Under the pieces are notes generated by a model. That model did no database searches. It had not been told where the DNA came from and was given only the letters and a program-made list of their open reading frames with translations. DNA of 64,000 nt from Thermodesulfobacteriota bacterium (GTDB taxonomy: Bacteria; Desulfobacterota_D; UBA1144; Nemesobacterales; JAJCZQ01). The position numbers and the translations under genes were made by a program. How positions within the stretch are numbered: position 1 is the stretch's first letter; each line of letters starts with the position of its first letter. This document shows positions 22,020-32,808 of the stretch, one piece after another. The stretch lies in contig OZ244044.1 of the NCBI GenBank assembly GCA_965215275.1, positions 640,001-704,000 on the forward strand, written 5' to 3'.

Positions 22020-24719
22020 CTATGTATCCGCCCAGTTGCTTCCCTGCCCCATCTCGACCTTTACCGGTACGCTAAGCTTATAAGCATTTTCCATCTCTTC
22101 TTTTATTTTCTGCCTGAGGTCCTGAACGGCCTCTTCCTTGATCTCAAAGATCAGTTCATCGTGGACCTGCAGTATCATCTTACAGTCGGAACTCTTTATC
22201 TCTCTGTCGATATTTATCATTGCAAGGTTTATAATATCAGCGGCCGACCCCTGTATCGGAGTGTTAATAGCCGCTCTTTCCGCAATACCCCTCTGGACGC
22301 GGTTTTTCGAATCAAGCCCTGAGATCAATCTTCGTCTGCCAATGATAGTTACTGCATAACCGCAGCTTTTTGCTTCCTCAAGAGAAGCGTCCAGATAATG
22401 CCTGACTCCTGGATATCTGCTGAAATACATACCCATGTATTTCTTTGCTTCAAACACCCCGGTCCCGATCTGTTTAGACAGGCCAAACGGACTTATACCG
22501 TAAATGATCCCAAAATTTATATTTTTCGCCAGCCTTCTCATATCTTTAGTGACCATATCCTCATCCACTGAAAGTATCTCAGATGCCGTCCTGGCGTGTA
22601 TATCGCTGTCATTAATGAACGCCTCAATCAGCTTTTCATCCTGAGAGAAATGAGCCAGAAGTCTTAGCTCTATCTGTGAATAATCAGCAGACAGGAACAC
22701 GTGTCCCTGAGCGGGAACGAACGCTTCTCTGATCTTCCTGCCTTCAGCCGACTTTACCGGAATGTTCTGTAAGTTTGGGTCACTTGAACTGAGCCTGCCC
22801 GTGGAAGTTCCAACGGAGTTGTAGGAAGTATGGAGCCTTCCAGTCCTTGGATTGATCAGCCTGGGTAAGGAATCAACGTAAGTCGACTTGAGCTTTGCCA
22901 CCTCACGATATCTTAAAATAAGAGATGGAAGTTCATGTCGGGTACTAAGGTCGACCAGGACCTCATGGTCGGTGGAAGGTTCTCCTTTCTTGGTCTTTTT
23001 CTTGACTTCCAGCTTAAGTTTGCCAAACAGGATCTCCCTGAGCTGAACGGGTGATTTTATATTGAACTCCTCTCCGGCGGAACAGTATATAAGATCGGTT
23101 ATTCGCTCCAGGTCATCACTGAACTCCTGAGACAGGGCCTTTAAAACGTCCTCTCTGATCAGAACGCCGTTCATCTCTACTTTTGCAAGAACGGGAACCA
23201 GTTTAATTACCTTTTCAGAAAATGTGTACTCAAGGTCGCTTTCTGCCAGTCTGTCACGCAGGACCTTATACAGCTTCATTGATACATCGGCATTTTCGCA
23301 GGAATGCTCTTTAGCGTCATTTATATCCATGTCCGCAAATCCCAACGCGGCTTTATCTTTTTTTACAGTGTCCTTATAGACGGACATGGCAGGATCAAGA
23401 AAAACCTGCGAAAGTCTGTCCAGCTGGTAGTTCTGTCTGGACGAATTGAGCAGATGGGCGGCAAGCATCGTATCAAAAAAGATCCCATCCAGGTCTATTC
23501 CGTATCCATGAAGCACAATGATCTTATACTTCAGGTTCTGGCCGATCTTACGGACAGTACTATCCTCAAGTACCGGCTTCAGCCTGCTCAGGACAAGCTC
23601 CATGCTCAGCTGCTCCACGTCGCCTTTGTGAGCCAGAGGTATATAAAAACCCTCTCCAGGAGCCGGGGTCAGGGATATGCCGATCATCTCGGCAAACGTC
23701 GGCCAGCGTGACGTTGTCCACAGATCTATTGAGAGTTCCTTGGTACCGTGTATCTTCTCTATGACTTCACTCAGGACATCTTCAGACAGTACAAGACGGT
23801 AGCTGGAGCTGTCCGGTCTGACGTCGTCATTTTCTTCGGACGCTCCACCGCCGGTCAGACCTGACTTTAAATTCCTGAACTCAAACTCATCGAACAGAGT
23901 CAGCAGCTTTTCACTGTTGAACCCGGAATATCTGAACTTTTCATAGCCGGTCTCTATATCCACGTCAGTATCGATGGTAACGAGCCTCTTACTTAAAAAA
24001 GCATGGTCCTTATCTTCAATGAGGTTGTTCCTCTGTTTTCCTTTAACCAGATCGATCTGCTCGTACAGACCGTCCAGGGACCCGAATTCTTTTATCAGTT
24101 TTGATGCGGTCTTTTCCCCAACCCCCCTGACGCCGGGGACATTGTCCACCTGATCGCCCGAGAGGGCCAGAACGTCCGTCACCTGATCGGGATCAACCCC
24201 GAACCTTTTTAAGACCTCATCCCTGTCGGTGACACGGTCCTTCATGGTGTCAAGCATCTTTATCCTGTCCGATACCAGCTGGCAGAAATCCTTATCCCCC
24301 GTGACAAGGACTATATCAATTTCCTTATCTTCGTTTTTCTTCGCTATAGTGCCAATAAGATCATCGGCTTCATACCCTTTAAGCTGAACGAGAGGAATTG
24401 AAAAAGCTTCAACCATTTCATATATCTTATCGAACTGCGGGACCAGGTCCGACGGCGGGGAATCTCGATTAGCCTTATAAAGAGGATAGATATCGTGCCT
24501 GAACGTCCTATCGGCGGAATCGAACACCATCGCTATATAGTCAGGTTCATAGTCCTTGATAAACTTCAAGATCATCGAGGTAAAACCATACACGGCGTTC
24601 GTGGGAAACCCCCTGGAAGTGCTTAGATGGCGTATGGCATAATAAGCTCTGAATATATATGAACTGCCGTCAATGAGGTACAGGGTCTTAGAAAACATAT
24701 CTCCGTTAAGTATCCTCAC
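22020..24719 (-). CDS. polA: DNA polymerase I
   Basis: 5' nuclease 'LIDGSSYIFRAYYA', polymerase motifs 'ADYSQIELR', 'AKNINFGIIYG', 'LQVHDEL'. Confidence 0.97.
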   Translation of the reverse strand: MRILNGDMFSKTLYLIDGSSYIFRAYYAIRHLSTSRGFPTNAVYGFTSMILKFIKDYEPDYIAMVFDSADRTFRHDIYPLYKANRDSPPSDLVPQFDKIYEMVEAFSIPLVQLKGYEADDLIGTIAKKNEDKEIDIVLVTGDKDFCQLVSDRIKMLDTMKDRVTDRDEVLKRFGVDPDQVTDVLALSGDQVDNVPGVRGVGEKTASKLIKEFGSLDGLYEQIDLVKGKQRNNLIEDKDHAFLSKRLVTIDTDVDIETGYEKFRYSGFNSEKLLTLFDEFEFRNLKSGLTGGGASEENDDVRPDSSSYRLVLSEDVLSEVIEKIHGTKELSIDLWTTSRWPTFAEMIGISLTPAPGEGFYIPLAHKGDVEQLSMELVLSRLKPVLEDSTVRKIGQNLKYKIIVLHGYGIDLDGIFFDTMLAAHLLNSSRQNYQLDRLSQVFLDPAMSVYKDTVKKDKAALGFADMDINDAKEHSCENADVSMKLYKVLRDRLAESDLEYTFSEKVIKLVPVLAKVEMNGVLIREDVLKALSQEFSDDLERITDLIYCSAGEEFNIKSPVQLREILFGKLKLEVKKKTKKGEPSTDHEVLVDLSTRHELPSLILRYREVAKLKSTYVDSLPRLINPRTGRLHTSYNSVGTSTGRLSSSDPNLQNIPVKSAEGRKIREAFVPAQGHVFLSADYSQIELRLLAHFSQDEKLIEAFINDSDIHARTASEILSVDEDMVTKDMRRLAKNINFGIIYGISPFGLSKQIGTGVFEAKKYMGMYFSRYPGVRHYLDASLEEAKSCGYAVTIIGRRRLISGLDSKNRVQRGIAERAAINTPIQGSAADIINLAMINIDREIKSSDCKMILQVHDELIFEIKEEAVQDLRQKIKEEMENAYKLSVPVKVEMGQGSNWADT

Positions 24720-24739
24720 ATATCAGGCATGTAACAATG

Positions 24740-25324
24740 CTATTTTTTTTCAGCACAATAAATAAAGGCAGGAGGCAGATTTGACCAGACCGTCTTGGTT
24801 TTAACGACCTTTGGGAATTTATCATAAAGCTTTGCCCTGAAACGCTTTGCCGTTGGAAAGGGAACTCCATATAGATATGCCATGGTAAGAAGCCTTCCAC
24901 CAGGCCTTAAGATATCATACACGGTACCCAGCAGCCTGTCCTGCATATTAGAATTGAAGATCGCCCATGGAAGACCGGATATTATACAGTCACAACTGTC
25001 CTTACCGTGCTTCCTGAGATGGAACCTGGCGTTCTCAGCCGTATCATTGTAAACAATGGCATCTGGACATCTTCTTTTAGTGGCTTCAGCAAATTCAGGG
25101 TTTATCTCAAGTGCAAAAAAAGTAGCGTCATCAGATATCTTCTGCAGGATCTTTTCAGTAAAAACCCCCGTACCGGATCCGAACTCAACCACTGTATAGG
25201 CTTTGTCAAGCTGAGCCTTATCGGTAATCAGTTCGCTCAGTTCACTACATGAAGGAGCGATCGAACCCGTCCTTGTCGGATAGCAAAGAAACTGTTTCAA
25301 GTAATGGAAAATACCATGTTTCAT
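24740..25324 (-). CDS. Class I SAM methyltransferase (phospholipid N-methyltransferase-like)
   Basis: 'TGSIAPS', 'VEFGSGTGVFT', 'IISGLPW', 'VWSNLPPAFIY'. Confidence 0.8.
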   Translation of the reverse strand: MKHGIFHYLKQFLCYPTRTGSIAPSCSELSELITDKAQLDKAYTVVEFGSGTGVFTEKILQKISDDATFFALEINPEFAEATKRRCPDAIVYNDTAENARFHLRKHGKDSCDCIISGLPWAIFNSNMQDRLLGTVYDILRPGGRLLTMAYLYGVPFPTAKRFRAKLYDKFPKVVKTKTVWSNLPPAFIYCAEKK

Positions 25325-25699
25325 ACACTCTTCAGAAAAACCAGCAGCACTTGGATTTTATAAAATTACTTTATTTAATCATACTTTGCAGATTTTTTCC
25401 ATAAATATTTTTGGACTATACATACTTGATTACCCGAACAGTCTAACTGCTTACCATAATTCAAACTTATCTTTTGAAGGATCTTGTTAACTCAATCAGA
25501 CATTACAACTTCTTAGCCTAGTCCATCTATTACCCATTCTTAGTTCCTCTCTTAATGCTTGCCGTCAATAAGGGTGTATATATCTTTTCCATTGAAAACA
25601 CAAACTACAGACACAACGTCAAGTTCGATTTTCCCGACAGCAGTGAACAGATATGCAAAACGGAAAATTTAGTTCGTTCTCTTGGAAATGACCGTATTA

Positions 25700-28600
25700 C
25701 TATGTTTTTATCTGATACCTTCTCTTCCTTTTAATTAATACTGATACAGATATCAGCATCAGACATGCCATCACTCCGAATAGATCAGAAACAACATTGC
25801 TCTGATCGGAAACCGCACATCCTCCTCCTGTACCAGTATCTGATGTTGTCGGTCTTCGTGGTGGTGACGGAGCGGGGGGAGCCTCTACACTGAGCATGAA
25901 ACTCACCTCATCCGTATCTCCATTTCTGTCCGTTACCTTATACGTGTAAGTATTAGATGATGCACGGATGGGTGTGCCACTTATAACTTGGGTAACTTCG
26001 TTAAAACTCAATCCAGCAGGTAAATCAGGAGTTATACTGTAAGTAACTGGCGGATTCCCTCCCGTTGATGCAGGCAGCGTTAATGGTCTCCCTGCTGTAT
26101 ACACCATTTGAGTTGAAATTGTCGCATCGTCAAGGTCCGGAGTGCTGTCTTCTTCTATAGTAATACTGAATGTCAAATCAGCTGTATCTCCATCTATGTC
26201 TTCTACCGTATATGTATAAGTATTCCTGCTCGTTGCAGTAGCCGGTATCCCGCTTATCTCTTGGGTAACTTCGTTAAAATCCAATCCAGTTGGTAAAGGA
26301 GGAGTTAAACTGTATCTCAATCCTCCATTCCCTCCTGTTGCCTCAGGCAGTGTTACTGGTGTTATTCGACTTCCTGCTATGTACTCCTGATCATCTATCG
26401 TCTCACCACTAAAAGTTGGCATTGCATCAGCTAATATCGTGATCCCGAACGTCAAATCAGCCGTATCTCCATCTATGTCTTCTACCATATATGTATAAGT
26501 AGTCCTGCTCGTTGCAGTAGTTGGTGTTCCACTTATCTCTCGGGCAGATGCGTCAAAATCCAATCCAGTTGGTAAAAGAGGAGTTAAACTGTACCTTAAT
26601 GTTCCATTCCATCCTGCTGCATCAGGCAGCGTTACTGGAAGGTTTATTGTTTTCCCTGCTACGTACTCCTGATCGGTTATCGTATCACTGAAGGTTGGTT
26701 CTTCATCTGTAGCTACCGTGATACCGAACGTCAAATCAGCCGTATCTCCATCTATGTCTTCTACCATATATGTATAAGTAGTTTTACTCACTGCAGTAAT
26801 AGGAGTTCCGCTTATCACTCGGGTAGCAGAGGTAAAATTCAACCCGGTTGGTAATGCAGGAGTTATGCTGTATCTCAATCCTCCATTCCCTCCCGTCGCT
26901 GCAGGCAGCGTTACTGGTTTTATTGGACTCCCTGCTATATACTCCTGATCATCTATCATCTCACCGCTAAAGGTTGGCATTGCGTCTGCTTCTACTGTGA
27001 TATTGAATGTCAATTCAGCCGTATCTCCATCTACATCAGTTACCGTATATGTATAAGTATTCTTACTCATCGCAATAGTGGGTGTTCCACTTAACACTCG
27101 GGTAGCAGGAGTAAAATTCAACCCGGTTGGTAATGCAGGAGTTATGCTGTATCTCAATCCTCCATTCCCTCCCGTCGCTGCAGGCAGCGTTACTGGTTTT
27201 ATTGGACTCCCTGCTATATACTCCTGATCATCTATCATCTCACCGCTAAAGGTTGGCATTGCGTCTGCTTCTACTGTGATATTGAATGTCAATTCAGCCG
27301 TATCTCCATCTACATCAGTTACCGTATATGTATACATAGTCCTGCTCATTGCAGTAGTGGGTGTTCCATTTATCACTCGGGTAGCAGGAGTAAAATTCAA
27401 CCCGGTTGGTAATGCTGGGGTTATATTGTAGGTTAATGGAGCATTCCCTCCCGTTGCATCAGGCAGCGTCACCGGAAGGTTTATTGCTGTCCCTGCTATG
27501 TACTCCTGATCATCTATCGTCTCACCACCAAAATCCGGCATGCTGTCAGCTTCTACCGTAATCCCAAACGTCAACTCAGCCGTATCTCCTTCTTCGTCTC
27601 TTACCGTATACGTGTAAGCAGTTTTACTCATTGCAGTAGCGGGTGTGCCACTTAGCACTCGGGTAGTGGCATCAAAGATCAATCCATCCGGCACAGTATC
27701 TAAACTATAAGTTAATGCTCCATCCCCTCCCACTGCAACAGGTAGCATTTCTGTTATTGCTGTACCTGTCACATATTCCTTATCATCTATTGTCTCACCA
27801 CCAAAGGTTGGCACATCAGATCCTACAATGATCCCGAACTTTATTTGATCTGTATCTCCATCATCATCGGTAACAGTATATGTATACATAGTCTTACTCG
27901 TTACAGTAGTGGGTGTGCCGCTTATCTCGCGGCAACTTCGTCAAAATCCAATCCATCAGGTAAAGCAGGTGTTAAACTATAAGTTAATGTTCCATTTCCT
28001 TCCGTCGCCGCAGGCAGTATTTCTGTTACTGCTGTACCCGTCATATACTCTTTATCATCTATCATCTCACTGCTAAAGGTTGGCACTGTATCGTTATTCC
28101 TATGACCATAAACTTTAATGCTCCACGAGTGTAAAATTCCTGTATTGTCAGAATCAGGATCAGATATATTCAAAGTCCAGTCTCCAGCGGGATCTTCTCC
28201 CAAGTGTTTGGCTGAACCAAAACGATGAGTTCTGTTGATGAAATCAAAGTCGTCTGTACTTCTCGTAAAAATTTGCGACACAGTGCCGTTAGGGGATGTT
28301 ATTTGTATATCTGGGACATATTCGTAAGTGAACCTGATATTAATCTCTACAAATTCCGTAAAAAGATCAGTATCGGGTATGTTCAGGCTGGAGACGGTAT
28401 CTCTGTTTTTTCCATCTAGGTGATCGGGGGGGGGGGGGGGGGAAGGGATTATTATGTCAATATTATTCGAAGAAGCAGTAAGGGTTCTCATTGGCGGAAC
28501 GGCAGTCCAATCTTCGGCAAGTTCTACTGCTGCTTCAGCATCCACTACCCCGAAACCGTACTTTGGATTGTAATTATAACTGTCTGAATCAGAACCGTAT

Positions 28601-30042
28601 TTAACTGCTACTGTCTCCCAGCCTGGGTCGGTCGGGTCGTTCTTGCGAGCTGAAGCTGCCAGTATCAACTTTAAGTCTCGCCAGCTCATATCACTGTTTA
28701 TCTCTCGCATCAGTGCTGCAACCCCTGAAACAACCGGAGCAGAAAATGATGTTCCTTTAACTAAAAAATAGTGGTCGTTATTATCAGTTGTTGTAATAAT
28801 TAAACCTGGAGCACATACCCATAAATTTACTCCTTCTTCCGAAACATTAATTTTCTTACCAAAACCGTCTACTGAACAAACGGAAGTTACAGCGTAGTAA
28901 TTAGAATACTCATCAGCATTAGTTTGATCTCTATTGTAATGTCCATTTCCACCTGCCCAGACATAAAAAACTCCTTTACCACCAAACCCTTCCTTGATAC
29001 CTGTTTCCACTGCCATTTCCCAAACTCTCTCAGCAGAGTAAAGACCAGAATTATCCGGCGGTCCCCAGCTGTTGTTGGATACCGCTGTTATAATGTGATT
29101 ACGGGTCATAGCATCTGCCCTGTTAGCAGAATTATTAAAAAGATGTGGCGCCTTTAACAGATCATAACTATATATACTTGCTTGAGGTGCTACCCCTCTC
29201 ACACCAACCCCATTATCACCCATTGCTGCTATAATGCCCGCTACTTGTGTACCATGGCCACTTCTAGGATTGAAGACATTATCCTCTCCAAGGTAATCAT
29301 GATTAAGATCGGAATTTACATTGGCAGCCAGGTCCTCATGATCTGTGTCCATACCATCATCGACCACTGCCACGTTAACTCCACTACCAAATATTCCATC
29401 ATTCCAGACTTCCTCCACGTTTATATCTTCGCCGGCGGGCATTCTCCGCCTGTTGATCCTCCACTGTCCTGTATTGTTCAAATGCCACTGACAACTGTAT
29501 AAAGGATCATCGGGAAAACTGGCAGTAATAAGGTCCTCACAATCAGAGGAATAAGTATTAGGTCTTGTATCTCTTATAACTTGAAGCTGGTACTGATCGG
29601 TACCACTGCTTCCTACAACGATATAGTACGTTCCCGGAACGAGAGGAGATGAAATATTCCGATTATCGTTGCTGTCACTTGCTATCAGGTTATCACTGCT
29701 GTCACACAACTGTAAACTGTATTCGAGATTGTTATCAGTGAAAGTCGTTTCTATAGTTACATCAATATCGTTTGCCGGGTCTATCTGAAAGTAATGCAGT
29801 CCACCGGCACTTTCAAAACTTCCATCGTGTGCCTCTGCGTTTACTGTCAACGTGGCTTCGACCGGTTCACTGGAGTCACAGTTATTAACACTGGTCTGAC
29901 CATATGCACCAATGGACATAAAACACAGAAGAAAGAAAAAGGGAATTACATAAACAACTTTATATACAGGCAAGTCGTCAGTGACTTTATCTGCCCATTT
30001 CTCCCTTGAAATAAAACTACGTAATTGATGAGGGTAAAACAT
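25700..30042 (-). CDS. S8 paralog 3: catalytically intact kexin-like protease + P-domain + 8 putative Ig repeats + GGGC-CTERM anchor; split by a 1-nt frameshift near 27930 (ORFs 27922-30042 and 25700-27889)
   Basis: Intact VVDDG / HGT / GGNG / GTS. The first Ig repeat continues across the frameshift (expected DEVAREISGTPTT). Ends GTGGGCAVS-TM-KRKRR. Confidence 0.87.
26821..27335 (-). repeat. Near-identical tandem Ig-repeat units (279-bp period)
   Basis: The unit EADAMPTFSGEMIDDQEYIAGSPIKPVTLPAATGGNGGLRYSITPALPTGLNFT occurs twice, with DNA offset 26922 vs 27201. Confidence 0.85.
28426..28442 (-). repeat. G17 (C17 on coding strand) homopolymer inside paralog 3, currently in frame
   Basis: Read directly; encodes SPPPPP at the start of the P-domain. 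Confidence 0.9.
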
Positions 30043-30365
30043 TGAACTAACGAAGTATTAATATTTTATCCTAACTAATATGTTAAAAATAATGTCTTTC
30101 ATGTCCAAATTATATACGTAATTCCCCTTAAATAGTATAAGTTGAAAGATCCGTTTAGAAACCGTTTCACTACTATTGGAACACTTGCTCCCTGTTACCT
30201 GTACTTGCATTTTCTTGTATTTTAATATTTTTCTCCTGCCGTTTTCACAAACCCAACGTGAAAATTACAATTATTTGACTTTAAAATACCTGTGTATGAT
30301 AATAAATTCAGTGATCAGGGGATAATTTCCGTTGCTGAAAAAGCGAAGAAACCGTACATTGATAA

Positions 30366-31700
30366 ATGTTTGAAGGCATATCTCAAAAGCTAAATACAAC
30401 GTTAAAAAAGGTCAGAGGCTACGGAAAGCTCAGTGAAGACAATATACAAAGCTCCCTTAGAGAGATAAGGCTTAGCCTGTTAGAAGCAGACGTTAACTTT
30501 GCGGTCACACGCGAGTTCATCAGTTCCATAAAAGAAAGAGCTATCGGCAGTGAAGTTGCGGAAAGCCTTACGCCGGGTCAGCAGTTTGTAAAGATCGTCC
30601 ATCAAGAACTGATCAAGGTACTTGGAGAAAGCAGTTCGGAGATCAATCTCAGTGCGGCACCACCGGTCGTAATAATGCTGGTCGGACTTCAAGGTTCTGG
30701 TAAGACCACTTCCTCGTCCAAGCTGGCTAAATACCTTGTCGGGTCTAAAAAGAAAAACCCCCTTCTGGTACCAGCCGACGTTTACAGACCAGCCGCCATT
30801 GAACAACTGAAGGTACTCGGAAAGAGCATAGATATTCCAGTGTTCGATACCAGTCCGGGTTCCAGTCCCATAGATATATGCCAGAACGCCCGAAAGAGCG
30901 CAGAACTGAACGGGAACGATGTCCTTATAATAGATACAGCCGGAAGACTGCATATAGACCAGGAACTGATGAATGAACTGATATCCATAAAAAACTCACT
31001 GGATCCCAACGAAATACTGCTTGTAGCCGATGCAATGACGGGACAGGACGCCGTGAACGCTTCAAAAAGTTTTAACGAGTCACTGGATATAGACGGAGTG
31101 ATACTAACGAAGATGGACGGAGACGCAAGAGGTGGTGCGGCACTGTCAATAAAATCAGTAACGGGAAAACCCATTAAATTCTTTGGCACGGGAGAAAAAC
31201 TTGACGCCCTTGAGGTATTTCACCCGGATAGAATAGCATCCAGAATACTGGGTATGGGGGACGTTCTGTCTTTAATAGAAAAAACCCAGAACGTCTTTGA
31301 AGAAAAAAAAGCCGAAAAGATAGCAAAGAACATTCAGAAGAAGCAGTTCTCACTGGAGGATTTCAAGGAATCAATAATGGCCATGGATAAACTCGGGTCC
31401 CTTGAAAACATCACCGCAATGCTCCCGCTAAAGAACAACGCCAGTATAGACCCAAGGGCGATGAAGACAGCAGAAAAGGATCTGAAGAAATATCTTGCCA
31501 TAATTGATTCAATGACCTCTAAAGAAAGGAAAAACCATACTATACTGAACGGAAGGAGAAGAAAAAGAATTGCCAAAGGCAGTGGTACTAAGGTGCAAGA
31601 TGTCAATAAGATGATAAAAAACTACATGCAGATGCAAAAAATGATGAAAAATATGGGAAGAACGGGTAAATTAGCAAAAAGAGTTATGAAATACATTTAA
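30366..31700 (+). CDS. ffh: Signal recognition particle protein
   Basis: GLQGSGKTT, DTAGR, TKMDGDARGGAALS, M-domain. Confidence 0.97.
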   Translation: MFEGISQKLNTTLKKVRGYGKLSEDNIQSSLREIRLSLLEADVNFAVTREFISSIKERAIGSEVAESLTPGQQFVKIVHQELIKVLGESSSEINLSAAPPVVIMLVGLQGSGKTTSSSKLAKYLVGSKKKNPLLVPADVYRPAAIEQLKVLGKSIDIPVFDTSPGSSPIDICQNARKSAELNGNDVLIIDTAGRLHIDQELMNELISIKNSLDPNEILLVADAMTGQDAVNASKSFNESLDIDGVILTKMDGDARGGAALSIKSVTGKPIKFFGTGEKLDALEVFHPDRIASRILGMGDVLSLIEKTQNVFEEKKAEKIAKNIQKKQFSLEDFKESIMAMDKLGSLENITAMLPLKNNASIDPRAMKTAEKDLKKYLAIIDSMTSKERKNHTILNGRRRKRIAKGSGTKVQDVNKMIKNYMQMQKMMKNMGRTGKLAKRVMKYI

Positions 31701-31750
31701 TAATACAGTTATAATTATAGGTTATTGACCATACAGGAGGTAGGTACGTT

Positions 31751-31984
31751 TTGGTAAAATTAAGACTCACGAGACTAGGGTCCAAAAAGAGACCTTTTTA
31801 CAGGATCGTTGCAGCGGACGTTCGCGCACCTAGGGATGGAAAGTTTTTAGACATATTAGGATACTATGACCCAAGAAAGAAACCTCACGTTGTGAAAGTT
31901 GACGAGAATAAGGTTAAGTCATGGATAGGCAACGGTGCACAGCCAACGAATCGGGTAAAAAAACTCATAGCTGAGCTACTGTGA
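31751..31984 (+). CDS. rpsP: 30S ribosomal protein S16
   Basis: '[19 protein letters not shown]', 'GAQPT'. Confidence 0.97.
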   Translation: MVKLRLTRLGSKKRPFYRIVAADVRAPRDGKFLDILGYYDPRKKPHVVKVDENKVKSWIGNGAQPTNRVKKLIAELL

Positions 31985-32037
31985 TTTTTGAAAATAAACA
32001 GCGGTGGGCTAATATTAATGATTGAGGAGGAAACACC

Positions 32038-32277
32038 ATGGAACAGCTCAAAGATTTAGTTTTAATGTTGGCAAAGTCCCTTGTTGACAGTCCGGATGCA
32101 GTAGAAGTGCAAGAGGTCGTTGGAGAACAAACAACGGTTATAGAACTGAAGGTGGCAACTGATGACCTGGGCAAAATAATCGGTAAGCAGGGAAAGACCG
32201 CAAAAGCGATCAGAACTATACTTAGTGCCGCAGCAGCTAAAATGAAAAAGCGTGCAGTGCTGGAAATTTTAGAATGA
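32038..32277 (+). CDS. khpA: KH-domain RNA-binding protein
   Basis: '[18 protein letters not shown]'; canonical position between rpsP and rimM. Confidence 0.92.
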   Translation: MEQLKDLVLMLAKSLVDSPDAVEVQEVVGEQTTVIELKVATDDLGKIIGKQGKTAKAIRTILSAAAAKMKKRAVLEILE

Positions 32278-32280
32278 TCA

Positions 32281-32784
32281 ATGAAGTTCATCGCTTATGG
32301 TAAGATCCTGAAACCGCACGGACTTAAAGGGGAGATCAAAGTCCTTCCATACAGCACCAGCCCTGAAAACTTCAAGCAGGTCCAGTACATATATACAGAA
32401 CCGGACAGTAAAAACCCTCAAAGACACAAAGTATCAGATAAAAGGTTCCATAAACACTTTATCATTGCCAAGCTCCAGAACGTCAACAGTATAGAAGAAG
32501 CAGAAGCACTGCGGAACAAGGAAGTACACGTTGACAGAAACGAACTGCCTTCAAAACAAGAGGATGAATACTACTGGTTTGAACTTATCGGACTGAACGT
32601 TTACGACGAGAACGAGTGCCTGATAGGTCAGGTGGATTCTCTGATAGATAATACCGCTCAGCCAATACTTGTTATTAAAAACGGTTCTGAAGAGTACATG
32701 GTTCCGTTCATAGACCGCTTCGTTAAGGAAGTCGATCTTAACAGTTCAAAAATAGCAGTGGAGTCCATAGCGGATTTAATTTAG
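32281..32784 (+). CDS. rimM: Ribosome maturation factor RimM
   Basis: 'GKILKPHGLKGEIKV', 'EYYWFELIG'. Confidence 0.94.
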   Translation: MKFIAYGKILKPHGLKGEIKVLPYSTSPENFKQVQYIYTEPDSKNPQRHKVSDKRFHKHFIIAKLQNVNSIEEAEALRNKEVHVDRNELPSKQEDEYYWFELIGLNVYDENECLIGQVDSLIDNTAQPILVIKNGSEEYMVPFIDRFVKEVDLNSSKIAVESIADLI

Positions 32785-32808
32785 CAGGTCGTTCAGTCCA
32801 AAACTGCC

